Source: Anaerolineales bacterium
Lineage (GTDB): Bacteria; Chloroflexota; Anaerolineae; Anaerolineales; UBA4823
Length of the DNA: 64,000 nucleotides
NCBI GenBank assembly: GCA_041912175.1
Contig: JAYRNN010000015.1
Span: 4,043 to 68,042, forward strand
Direction: 5' to 3'
Each line of letters begins with the position of its first letter. Position 1 is the stretch's first letter. The notes under the pieces were generated by a model. The model made no database searches, had not been told where the DNA came from, and worked only from the letters and a program-made list of their open reading frames with translations. The translations under genes and the position numbers were made by a program. Below, piece by piece: positions 17,221 through 26,320 of the stretch.

Positions 17221-20157
17221 TTACACTTTCTCAATGGATAGCTCGCAGCCCTGTTCGTTGGCGGCGTGCAGGTCTTGCTCGGGGCCCATCACCACCACTC
17301 GCCCGCGCGCAGCAACCTGCTCAAGCGCCTCGCCAAAGGTATGAAAATCCTGTAAGGTGGTGGTGAGGATTTGTTCGCGCCTGACCTGGCGCGCAGCCTC
17401 GCTATCGCCTGCCAGGTAGCGCGTCATGGAGGTAAAGCCCTTCGCATCCGGCAACTGGTAGACGTCCATATCGCCGATGGCGCCGACGATGCTTTTGGTC
17501 AACTCTGCCTGGCTCAAGCGCTGCACATCCAGTTGCCGTAGGAATTGCCCGGTCTGGTCGTATATGTGTAGGGTATCCACCAGGTTGGGATCGCGATAAG
17601 ATAGAAACGTCAATACCCCTGAGCGATGATCGAACAGTGTGAACCCTCCATAAGCGCCGCCCTGCACGCGCACTTTCTCCCACAGCCAGGTGGTGCGCAA
17701 GTAATTGGTGATCACAGCAAATGAGCCATGCATCTTGTAACCGCACTCATATAGATTTGCTCCTTTGCCAACGTAATTCACCTTGGCGGAAATGGCCAAT
17801 CCCTGGTCGTGCGCCGGGGGTGTAACCTTCCAGTTCTGAAAAATAGGCTTATCGCCGGGCAGCGCGCCTAAGAACCCCAGCAGCTTCGGTTGGACACTGT
17901 CCCAGCCAGCGCGGTCCAGGGTGACATTCGCCAGCAGGCCATCACGATTTACCAGCAAAGCCAGCATGTTCTGCAGTCGGGCCAACACAGCCGGCCAGTC
18001 CCGCTCGATTTCGTCTGTCAGGCGGCGGAGGAAATACAGATAGCTGACTCCGCCCATTTGTTCATCCAACCAACCGGATTCGCTAAAGAAGGAACGCAGG
18101 CGGGTATTGACAAGACGATGTCCGGCGGGAGTCAGCGCAGCTTCCATCTCCGCCTTTTCCTCCAATACCATCTGATGGAGGCGTTCGGGATTATCCAGGT
18201 GAGGGGAACGCAAAATATCATCCAGGATTTGCAGCAGGTCGGGCGTATGTTCGAAGGTGGCTTTGCTGCGCAAGAACAGCCAGGCGGCCGCATCTGATTT
18301 CCCGGGCAGCGCACTGCTAAAGAATGCGGGCCGGATACCGCCGGTGAGTCGCCCGATGCGTTGTGATAGGCGGACAAAATCTTCTTGTTGTGTACCCATC
18401 TCCAACAGCACACGCCCGAACAAAGACGCGTAGGGCAAGTATTCCTGGGGTAGCAAGTGCAGATCCAGGCCCAGGTCCAGGTAGACGATGCCGTTGGTGG
18501 ATAAATCATGGAACAGGATGCGAGCGCCATCCTGCTGCAACGTCTCGATCGGAATGAGTTTGTTCTGGCGCTGGAGATCATCCAGGCGCAAACTGGGGAT
18601 GGTCGCCAGGGCTTCTGGTGAGTCGGGTGTTTCTTGGTATAGGTTAAGCTGGCGAGTATTTTCTAACGCGGCTTGCAAACGTTGTGCGTCCATCGTGGCG
18701 CGAATCCCGGCCAGCTTTTCTGTTTCGACCTCTTCGAGGCGTGCGTTAAGCCCGGGCTCGGGCAGCATGATTATAGTGGTACGGTGTGTGTTATCCAGAA
18801 AATATTGGCGGATCAGGTCTTCGAAATATAGCTCGCCGGCAGCCAGGCGCGCCTTAATGGCTTGCAGTGGCGCTTCGAAGGCCAAAGGCGCCAGGGGATC
18901 GCCGTCATACAGCCAGGTGGTCAGGCTGCGCAGCATTAAGAGCAGTCCGCGCGGAAATGCACCGGTATTGTTCTCTCGTAAGCGGAATTCGATCGTATTT
19001 AAGGCAGCCATTACAGCTTGCGGATCGATGCCATCCTGAGCAAGCTGCACCAAAGTGGCGAGCACTAGAGCTTCGACTTTTTCGAAGTTAGCTTGCCCTG
19101 CTTCGTCTGCGCTGTCTATCCCTTTCAGGCCCGTGGAAAAGATCATCTGGCGCAGGTCGCTATCCAGGCCGCCTCCTGCCAGGTCCTCGCCCAGGCCAGA
19201 GTCGATCAGCGCTTTGCGCAATGGCGAGGCAGGTGTTCCGATTAAGATGTATGCCAGGATATTCAGCCCAAGGTTGCGTTCCATTTCCAATGGTTCTGGC
19301 AGCAACCAATTGACCACCAGCATGCCTTTCTTCCCATCCTGCTCGTCGCCTGCGTCGTAGGCAATCGTCTGGCGCCTGGGCTGGGGGAAGCGCGCTTGCA
19401 ACGGGATGGCCGAATCGACCTGGCGGGAGCCAAAACTCTGCAAAGCCAGGTCCATACGGCGTAGACGTTCTTCAGGGTCATCATCACCATAGAAATAGAT
19501 GCGCGCATTCGAAGGGTGGTAATACGTTTCGTGAAAGGCTTTGAACTGGGGATAGGTCAAGTCTGGGATATAGCGCGGGTCGCCGCCTGAGTCGACGCCA
19601 TACGGATTGTCTGGGAAAAGCGATTGCTGGGCATAGCGACCGAGCAAGCTGTCCGGCGAGGAGTAAGCGCCTTTCATTTCATTGAAAACCACGCCTTTAA
19701 AGACCAGGGGGGCTTCCAGGTCGTCCAGCTCGTAATGCCAGCCTTCCTGATCCAGGGTACGCGGCTCGATTAAGGGATGGAAGACAGCGTCGATATACAC
19801 GTCGATCAGATTGTAAAAATCCTGCAGGTTTTGACTGGCTACCGGATAGCAGGTTTTGTCGGGGAAGGTCATGGCGTTCAGGAAGGTATTCAATGAACCT
19901 TTGACCAGCTCCACAAAGGGCTCTTTGACCGGGTATTTGCGTGATCCACACAAGACGGCGTGCTCCATAATATGGGCGACGCCGGTAGAATCGGATGGCG
20001 GTGTGCGAAAAGTGACCCCAAAAACCTTATTTTCATCCGCGTTTTCCATGGAAAGCAATTGCGCCCCGCTCTGCATGTGCCGGTAGAGACGGGCCTGGGT
20101 ATTCAGCTCGGGGAGTTCCTGCTCTTTAATCAGAATAAAACCATGGGTTTCGTTCAT
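17221..20157 (-). CDS. Peptidase M16C (PreP/falcilysin-like inverzincin metalloprotease)
   Basis: 978 aa. It has the HxxEH motif in GVAHIMEHAVLCGSRKYP, followed by LNAMTFPDKTCYPVAS. The size is typical of M16C. Confidence 0.85.
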   Translation of the reverse strand: MNETHGFILIKEQELPELNTQARLYRHMQSGAQLLSMENADENKVFGVTFRTPPSDSTGVAHIMEHAVLCGSRKYPVKEPFVELVKGSLNTFLNAMTFPDKTCYPVASQNLQDFYNLIDVYIDAVFHPLIEPRTLDQEGWHYELDDLEAPLVFKGVVFNEMKGAYSSPDSLLGRYAQQSLFPDNPYGVDSGGDPRYIPDLTYPQFKAFHETYYHPSNARIYFYGDDDPEERLRRMDLALQSFGSRQVDSAIPLQARFPQPRRQTIAYDAGDEQDGKKGMLVVNWLLPEPLEMERNLGLNILAYILIGTPASPLRKALIDSGLGEDLAGGGLDSDLRQMIFSTGLKGIDSADEAGQANFEKVEALVLATLVQLAQDGIDPQAVMAALNTIEFRLRENNTGAFPRGLLLMLRSLTTWLYDGDPLAPLAFEAPLQAIKARLAAGELYFEDLIRQYFLDNTHRTTIIMLPEPGLNARLEEVETEKLAGIRATMDAQRLQAALENTRQLNLYQETPDSPEALATIPSLRLDDLQRQNKLIPIETLQQDGARILFHDLSTNGIVYLDLGLDLHLLPQEYLPYASLFGRVLLEMGTQQEDFVRLSQRIGRLTGGIRPAFFSSALPGKSDAAAWLFLRSKATFEHTPDLLQILDDILRSPHLDNPERLHQMVLEEKAEMEAALTPAGHRLVNTRLRSFFSESGWLDEQMGGVSYLYFLRRLTDEIERDWPAVLARLQNMLALLVNRDGLLANVTLDRAGWDSVQPKLLGFLGALPGDKPIFQNWKVTPPAHDQGLAISAKVNYVGKGANLYECGYKMHGSFAVITNYLRTTWLWEKVRVQGGAYGGFTLFDHRSGVLTFLSYRDPNLVDTLHIYDQTGQFLRQLDVQRLSQAELTKSIVGAIGDMDVYQLPDAKGFTSMTRYLAGDSEAARQVRREQILTTTLQDFHTFGEALEQVAARGRVVVMGPEQDLHAANEQGCELSIEKV

Positions 20158-20179
20158 TCCATCTGTCCTATGTTACCCA

Positions 20180-20926
20180 TTACACTTTACCGAGCGCTCT
20201 TTCTGCCAGTACCCCCGCCATCTCCTCGCGGTACTCGGCCGAAGCCCATTTGTCGCCGGCCTGGCTGTAAGCGCTGCGAGCAGCCACATCAATACCAGAG
20301 GGCTCGCCGCCATCGAAGGCCAGGCTGGGAGCGCTGCCAAAACCGCCCAGCGCCAGGCGGGTCCGGCCTGAAGGCCATCTGGCCGCGGCGGCGCACACCA
20401 GGGGTAGGTCGGCCGGCGTGCGTGCTACGTATTCGTAAGCCAGAGTGACGTTGAGCGGCAGGACGATCTGCGTGATCAGCCGTCCCTGCAGGCGTCGAGC
20501 GCGCAAGGGTAGTAGATCTCCCAGTGAAACCTGCTCCGAGCCGGGCAGGATGGTCAAGAACGCGTCCAGTGCCAGCAGTGCGGTGGCAAACGGCGAGCGC
20601 CCACTTGCAGCAACCAGCGTGCCCGCCGTGCTGGCGACCTGGCGTAGATTATGCGTCGCTTCGAGCTGGATAACCTTTTTTAGAGCATCCGGGGTTGGGC
20701 CATCCAGCAGAGTTTGCAAAGTGACCATTGCCCCGATCTCCAGGGTATTGCCGCGTTGGACGATTTGATCCAGGCCGAGGGCCTGTAAATCGACCACAGC
20801 CAGGGGAATGCTGGTTGTGCGATCGAGCGCTGTACCACCCGCCAGGGGCAGGCTGAGCGGCTGATTGCGAGTAAGCAGCGCTACAGCGTCATCCAGATTG
20901 GTCGGACGATGATATTCTGTGATCAT
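20180..20926 (-). CDS. Molybdopterin-dehydrogenase FAD-binding subunit (CoxM/YgfM-like, short form)
   Basis: 248 aa: MITEYHRPTNLDDAVALL...PLAGGTALD, ending in the C-terminal SAEYREEMAGVLAERAL, typical of the CO-dehydrogenase flavoprotein C-domain. Confidence 0.75.
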   Translation of the reverse strand: MITEYHRPTNLDDAVALLTRNQPLSLPLAGGTALDRTTSIPLAVVDLQALGLDQIVQRGNTLEIGAMVTLQTLLDGPTPDALKKVIQLEATHNLRQVASTAGTLVAASGRSPFATALLALDAFLTILPGSEQVSLGDLLPLRARRLQGRLITQIVLPLNVTLAYEYVARTPADLPLVCAAAARWPSGRTRLALGGFGSAPSLAFDGGEPSGIDVAARSAYSQAGDKWASAEYREEMAGVLAERALGKV

Positions 20927-21492
20927 AACCCTTCTTCTCCGTAGACCCGCCAGCCAAGTGCATCCAGGTCGACATTGTCGATCATTCCGCTGGGCACATC
21001 CGCCAGGAGCGCCTCCGCCTCGGCAAGCAGCTCGCCATCCTGGCTATAGATAGCACTGTTGGCTTCAGCATAGCGCCCTTTGCTGGGACCGGCCTGGCCA
21101 ACCAATCGCAAGGGCTGTCCGGTTGGCACGTTGCGACGGTAACGTACCTTCAATTGAGCGGTGAACATAAAACGGGGGGTCTCGCCGTTGCCCATATGGG
21201 AACGGCCGGCCACCTCGTCCAACATGGCGGCAATAATCCCACCGTGGGTGATGCCGGGATAGCCTTGAAAATGCTCCGGTAGCGTTACTTCGGCGTTAAC
21301 CTCGCCAGGAGTGGTCTCGAAGAAGCGCAGGTGAAGGCCGACCGGGTTTGAGACGCCGCACACAAAACAGTGCTGAGAACTGGGTTGGAGAGCTGCGGCA
21401 GGTATATGGCTGTCGTTTTGCATCGAGGGTGACAATCCTTTCATTGGTTTAGGCCTGGGAAAGATGAAATCAAGCGGTGCCTTATTATACAT
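20923..21492 (-). CDS. PaaI/4HBT-type hotdog-fold thioesterase
   Basis: CFVCGVSNPVGLHLRF ... ITHGGIIAAMLDEVAGR. Its stop overlaps the FAD-subunit start by 4 nt. The true start is uncertain (in-frame Met at 21492, 21444 and 21423). Confidence 0.7.
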   Translation of the reverse strand: MYNKAPLDFIFPRPKPMKGLSPSMQNDSHIPAAALQPSSQHCFVCGVSNPVGLHLRFFETTPGEVNAEVTLPEHFQGYPGITHGGIIAAMLDEVAGRSHMGNGETPRFMFTAQLKVRYRRNVPTGQPLRLVGQAGPSKGRYAEANSAIYSQDGELLAEAEALLADVPSGMIDNVDLDALGWRVYGEEGL

Positions 21493-21508
21493 CGCGGGAG
21501 ACGGGTCT

Positions 21509-22795
21509 TTAAATTTTGCCCGTCAGCCAGTAGGTGTGCATTTTCCCCTTGCCTTTGACTTCGATCACCCCGCGGTCTTCGAAGATGTAATGATCCCTAA
21601 GTAATTCGTAAAGTGACTCACAAACCTGGATCCTGCCTGGTAGACCATGTGACTCCATGCGGCTGGCTGTGTTGACGGTGTCGCCCCATAGGTCATAGGC
21701 AAACTTGCGCCAGCCGATCACACCCGCCACAACTGGGCCGCTGTGGAGGCCAATTCTGACCTGGATCGGGAACACAATTTGCGAATCTAATCCCGCGATC
21801 GCCTGCTGCATATCCAGGGCCAGCTCGGCCAGCGCCTGGGCATGATCGGGACGCGGAATCGGCAGCCCGCTTACGACCATATAGGCATCACCAACTGTCT
21901 TTATCTTTTCTAGCGTACGCTGCTCGGTTAATTCATCGAAGGTTGAAAAGACTTTGTTCAAGAGCTGCACCACTTCAGCAGGCGGCAGGCGCGTTGAGAG
22001 CGGCGTGAAGTCAACGATATCAGCAAATAGAACGCTGATGGAAGGGTAGAAATCGGCGATATCCTCGCCGCGCTTCAACCGCTCGGCAATCGGGGCTGGT
22101 AAAACATTCAGCAGCAGAGCGCTGGAGCGATCCTCTTCTTTTTGAATGATCAGGCGCTGGATAAAATTTCGCCGGATGGACAGCTCATAAAAATAATTTC
22201 CAATGCAACCCACAATCGCCAGAGTGATCAGGAAACTATTTTGGACAACGAAAACGACGATCGAGGTTTGAGTCTTGAAGAAATCGAAGCGAAATGCATA
22301 TGCCAGGGGGCTGAGCAGAAGCAGCGCCAGGCTGACCCAAAAAACGTTCGCGAACTGCGGCCCTGGAACGGTATAAAGGAACATCAGAATGACCGTCAGG
22401 CCATAGATGTAGTAATAGTATCCCACTTCTCCCGGTTGGGCCAGCCGCACCATTGCGATTATCCCCAGGCCGGCAGTAAGGGTCACCATGACCGTCAGCG
22501 GCCGCATTATCTGGCGATAGGCATCGCTAAAACTGGCCAGAATGATCATCACGATGACCGGCGCGCCCATGCCAAAACGGATGATCCATACCTGTTTGTA
22601 GGAAATTGGCATGGCCCACAGGTCAATAATGCCAAAGATCGACCACAAGATCAGCCCAAGCACCAGACCGATGCGGTTGATCCACAAGAAGTTCTCGAAA
22701 TAGTATTCCTGGAATTCCGCCTCAATCGATTTTGGAAATGGCAGGCGGCGCTGCTCTGATAACTGGATAAGATCACTCAAAGATGGTGTAAACAT
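21509..22795 (-). CDS. Membrane-anchored class III adenylate/guanylate cyclase
   Basis: 428 aa. About 6 TM segments are followed by ISVLFADIVDFTPLS, KTVGDAYMVVSG and WGDTVNTASRMES. Confidence 0.85.
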   Translation of the reverse strand: MFTPSLSDLIQLSEQRRLPFPKSIEAEFQEYYFENFLWINRIGLVLGLILWSIFGIIDLWAMPISYKQVWIIRFGMGAPVIVMIILASFSDAYRQIMRPLTVMVTLTAGLGIIAMVRLAQPGEVGYYYYIYGLTVILMFLYTVPGPQFANVFWVSLALLLLSPLAYAFRFDFFKTQTSIVVFVVQNSFLITLAIVGCIGNYFYELSIRRNFIQRLIIQKEEDRSSALLLNVLPAPIAERLKRGEDIADFYPSISVLFADIVDFTPLSTRLPPAEVVQLLNKVFSTFDELTEQRTLEKIKTVGDAYMVVSGLPIPRPDHAQALAELALDMQQAIAGLDSQIVFPIQVRIGLHSGPVVAGVIGWRKFAYDLWGDTVNTASRMESHGLPGRIQVCESLYELLRDHYIFEDRGVIEVKGKGKMHTYWLTGKI

Positions 22796-22856
22796 AATAA
22801 AAATAATACCACATAGATTACGGTATAATTGCCCTCTGAATATTTCAAGGGAAGAT

Positions 22857-23110
22857 AGCGCATGGGCTGGATACGATGCGTGTGAATAGACACCATTTAG
22901 CAGTAAATTGTCAATTTACACTATCTACTTCAGTTGACGAGGATGAGGGTTCCCTGCTTCACGGCAGGGATACAAGAAAATCGAATGATCAGCGGAAGCC
23001 CTCCGGGTGCACCATCACCCGCCATCTTTCCCTCCAACGTGAACCTCGAACCAACGCTGCCCGGGTGACCGGACAGACAATCCTTCGGGGAGTGGTAATT
23101 AAATCGCAGT
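22857..23110 (+). ncRNA. glmS ribozyme (GlcN6P-dependent self-cleaving riboswitch)
   Basis: It lies directly upstream of glmS. It begins with A/GCGC (the cleavage-site consensus is A/GCGCC). Core strings GUUGACGAGG (22933-22942) and AUCGAAUGAUCAGCGGAAGCCCUCCGGGUG (22980-23009) parallel the Bacillus/Thermoanaerobacter GUUGACGAGG...AUCGAAUUUUCGGCGGAUGCCUCCCGG. An extra hairpin CCCUGC-UUCAC-GGCAGGG is inserted between them. A possible -10 TATAAT lies at 22824-22829. Confidence 0.75.
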
Positions 23111-23174
23111 AGATCATTCGCGACATCCTTCGTCTTGAGTGATCTGCATATTCGAACTATGGAGGGCTCTCTCT

Positions 23175-25019
23175 ATGTGTGGCATTGTTGGGTATATTGG
23201 ACCGCGGGATGCAACGCCGGTCATCTTGAATGGACTGAAGCGGCTGGAATATCGCGGCTATGACTCGGCTGGTCTGGCGATTCTACAAGACGGCCAGATC
23301 GAGGTGCGTCGTGAGGCCGGCAAATTGGCGCGCCTGGCGACCCTGGTCGATGAGCAACCTGTCCATGGACAGGTTGGCATCGGGCATACACGCTGGGCAA
23401 CGCATGGAGCGCCCAGCGCTCGCAACGCCCATCCTCATCTGGGCAGCACCGGCGAGGTGGTTGTGGTGCATAACGGGATCGTCGAAAACTTCCTGGAACT
23501 GCGCGAAGAGTTGACTGCTGAAGGCGTGATCTTCAACTCTGATACGGATACGGAAGTGATCGTGCACCTGGTCGAACGCTATTTGTCGACGAAGACGGGT
23601 TTGACGGAAGCCGTCCGTCTGGCGCTGAAACACCTCAAAGGCGCTCACGGGGTGGTCGTTTTATCTTCGAACGAGCCCGATAAGATCATCGCCGCCCGCA
23701 TCGGCAACGCCGGCGGGGTGGTGATCGGCCTTGGCGAGGACGAATCCTTCATCGCCTCCGATCTGCCAGCCATCCTGGAGTATACCCACAGGATGATTTT
23801 CCTCGAATCGCAGCAAATGGCGGTGGTCACTCGCCAGGGTGCAGTAGTTTCGACCCTGGATAACAAGCTCGTACACGTCCAGGTGCACAACGTATCCTGG
23901 GATCCGGTGGCGGCCGAAAAAGGCGAGTATCGCCACTTTATGGCCAAGGAAATCTACGAACAAGTGCGTGGGTTAACCGATACCATCGCCGGGCGGGTGG
24001 ATTTTGAAAATGGCCAGGGCGTTCGCTTGCCCGAACTGAACCTCAGCGCCGAACAAGCCCGCCAGATCCAAAAAATCTTTATCACTGCTTGCGGCACCGC
24101 TTCTCATGCCGGCATGGTTGGCAAGGTGTTAATTGAGCACATCGCACGCCTGCCGGTCGAAGTAGATATTGCCTCGGAGTTCCGCTATCGGGATCCGATT
24201 ATAGATAAAAACACAGTTGTTCTGGCCATATCGCAATCCGGCGAGACTGCCGACACCCTGGCGGCGATGGAAGAAGCGCGCAAAAAAGGCGCTACGTTGT
24301 GGTCGATCGTCAATGCAATCGGCTCCCAGGCGATGCGTATTGCGGATGGTTATATCTCCATGCAGACCGGGCCCGAGATTGGCGTGGCTTCTACCAAGGC
24401 TTACACAGCGCCGCTGGTAGATCTTTATATGCTGGCGGTGTTGTTGGGCACGCTGCGTGGGACGCTTGACAAACCCACCCGCCGTAAACTACTGGCCGAT
24501 CTGCGCCTGGCGCCTGACTTAGTTGGGCGCTGCCTGGATCGCGATCAGGACGTGGAAAAAGTAGCGCGTACCCTGGTGAACACCCAACATTGCCTGTATT
24601 TGGGGCGCGGCATTAATATGCCGACTGCCTTTGAGGGCGCTTTGAAGCTCAAGGAGATTTCCTATATCCATGCTGAGGGCTATGCGGCAGGCGAAATGAA
24701 GCACGGCCCGATCGCTTTGATCGACCGGGATATGCCGGTAGTGGTGATTGCTCCGCGTGATCCGTGGTATGACAAGATGCTCAGCCAACTAGAGCAGGCC
24801 AAAGCGCGCGGCGGCAGGGTCATCGCAGTAGCAACGGACGGTGACACAACCATCGCTAGCCTGGCCGACCACGTCCTGTGGGTGCCCGAGACGCCCTGGC
24901 TGCTCAGCCCGGTGGTGACAGTCATCCCCTTGCAAATGCTGGCGTATCACATTGCCACGTTAAGAGGCCTGGATGTAGACCAGCCAAGGAATTTGGCAAA
25001 GAGTGTGACGGTGGAGTAG
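23175..25019 (+). CDS. glmS: Glutamine--fructose-6-phosphate aminotransferase (isomerising)
   Basis: 614 aa from MCGIVGYIG (N-terminal nucleophile Cys). It has SIS-domain motifs (ISQSGETADT, GPEIGVASTKAYT) and the C-terminal NLAKSVTVE. The track ORF starts 12 codons earlier. Confidence 0.95.
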   Translation: MCGIVGYIGPRDATPVILNGLKRLEYRGYDSAGLAILQDGQIEVRREAGKLARLATLVDEQPVHGQVGIGHTRWATHGAPSARNAHPHLGSTGEVVVVHNGIVENFLELREELTAEGVIFNSDTDTEVIVHLVERYLSTKTGLTEAVRLALKHLKGAHGVVVLSSNEPDKIIAARIGNAGGVVIGLGEDESFIASDLPAILEYTHRMIFLESQQMAVVTRQGAVVSTLDNKLVHVQVHNVSWDPVAAEKGEYRHFMAKEIYEQVRGLTDTIAGRVDFENGQGVRLPELNLSAEQARQIQKIFITACGTASHAGMVGKVLIEHIARLPVEVDIASEFRYRDPIIDKNTVVLAISQSGETADTLAAMEEARKKGATLWSIVNAIGSQAMRIADGYISMQTGPEIGVASTKAYTAPLVDLYMLAVLLGTLRGTLDKPTRRKLLADLRLAPDLVGRCLDRDQDVEKVARTLVNTQHCLYLGRGINMPTAFEGALKLKEISYIHAEGYAAGEMKHGPIALIDRDMPVVVIAPRDPWYDKMLSQLEQAKARGGRVIAVATDGDTTIASLADHVLWVPETPWLLSPVVTVIPLQMLAYHIATLRGLDVDQPRNLAKSVTVE

Positions 25020-25116
25020 CCAACCGCAGCGCGATCCGGGAGTATACAGGATCGAAACAGAATCCGGGAAAATCGGAAATCTTTTTATAACTAAATATAA
25101 TCGCCTTCTAGTTCGT

Positions 25117-25590
25117 TTAAGCTCTTTCTTCTAGAAAATTGGCGAAAGCAGACAATTCAGCTTTAACCCCGGTAAAGCAAACTGGGAGCGAAGTCACGAG
25201 CTTCTCAATCTTGATCGGATCGAACCTGAATGTATAGACGTTCCTGACAACATGCCGGAAGCCGCGATACTCGTTTAGTTGCTGGAAAACCTGATCGGAA
25301 ATGACTGCGGGCCGAGTTACCGGTACCTCTTCCGTCATTCGCTGCAGTAAGGAGATATGCCAGCCTTCTCCCCCCGGCAAACTGCCATCCACATTTTCAG
25401 CAATTAATTCAAAAATACGTTCCAGACCCGAATAAAAGTCATGTAAGTTGAGCGCCACGCTATCCAGGTAATAGTCATCGCCAGAAGTCTTAGCTCGCTG
25501 CCAAATATCAAGTACCCGTTCCGTAACTCGCTCAAGGTCTGACAGGTTGCCCCGGATACGAGTTGATAACGCTTTCAGTCGGTTATTCAC
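25117..25590 (-). CDS. HEPN-domain (HepT-like) putative RNase toxin
   Basis: 157 aa, predicted helical. It has EYRGFRHVVRNVYTF (an R..H/RN.Y HEPN-type motif). Its start overlaps the stop of the nucleotidyltransferase gene by 4 nt. The locus has low GC. Confidence 0.6.
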   Translation of the reverse strand: MNNRLKALSTRIRGNLSDLERVTERVLDIWQRAKTSGDDYYLDSVALNLHDFYSGLERIFELIAENVDGSLPGGEGWHISLLQRMTEEVPVTRPAVISDQVFQQLNEYRGFRHVVRNVYTFRFDPIKIEKLVTSLPVCFTGVKAELSAFANFLEERA

Positions 25591-25982
25591 AGCGGTTTTC
25601 CGTGTCTCTGAATAGATTGCAATAGATCAGGGCTGCAATCTTCTGGAGCAAGCAAGCTGATCTTTATATCGCTGCTCAGACTGATTACCGCCGCAACAGC
25701 AGCATAAAATCTCTCCTGTGAGATTCCCCAGGCTGCCAGGTCAATATCTGACCAGGGGGTAAAGCTCTGTGGCTGTGCCAATGAGCCAAACAGAATAACT
25801 TTATTGGCAAAATATTCGCGCTTCAGCAGATCGGCAGCTTTATGGGCTAATTGCATTGCCCGTCGCTTCCGCCTGGAGAGCTTTGCGCGCTGCAAAGTAT
25901 CTCTGTGCTGAATTGCGGCTGCAGGGTCATAGGTCTTCCATTGCTCTGCCGTGAGCTCCAATGCAGTTCGGGCCATGATCAA
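25587..25982 (-). CDS. Minimal nucleotidyltransferase (MNT/MntA-like) antitoxin
   Basis: 131 aa carrying the pol-beta-type signature VILFGSLAQPQSFTPWSDIDLAAWG (GS...DxD). Confidence 0.7.
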   Translation of the reverse strand: MIMARTALELTAEQWKTYDPAAAIQHRDTLQRAKLSRRKRRAMQLAHKAADLLKREYFANKVILFGSLAQPQSFTPWSDIDLAAWGISQERFYAAVAAVISLSSDIKISLLAPEDCSPDLLQSIQRHGKPL

Positions 25983-26320
25983 ATTATAACAACGATTTTA
26001 ACGATTGACACTGCCAGCAGGTATTTTCTGCACGACTTTAACTAGAATGAGTTTTAACAGAGCACAGAAGGTCAAAGGCTTAAATCCGAAAGACCTGGGC
26101 AACACCCAGCCAATCCAGGTAGTCATTCAGCTCTGCGCGAGCTCAAAGCGTGCGCTTTTCTCTTCGTATATGATGCCAGTCTGATGTACTTCTTGGTTGG
26201 GCTCGAGTTCGATACAATCCATGTGGGTCTTCTCCGGTTTCTGTGGTTTTCAGCAAACAAAAGTATATCGAAGAAGACCTTTTCTACTTAATCAAGTGAC
26301 TTTGTTAAAGCTGTGCTGGT

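Noticed and set aside
22796-22856. Sigma70 promoter for the glmS ribozyme (TATAAT at 22824-22829).
   Set aside because: The -10 is perfect, but no acceptable -35 or extended -10 lies at the right spacing. It is mentioned in the ribozyme evidence and not called as a separate feature.
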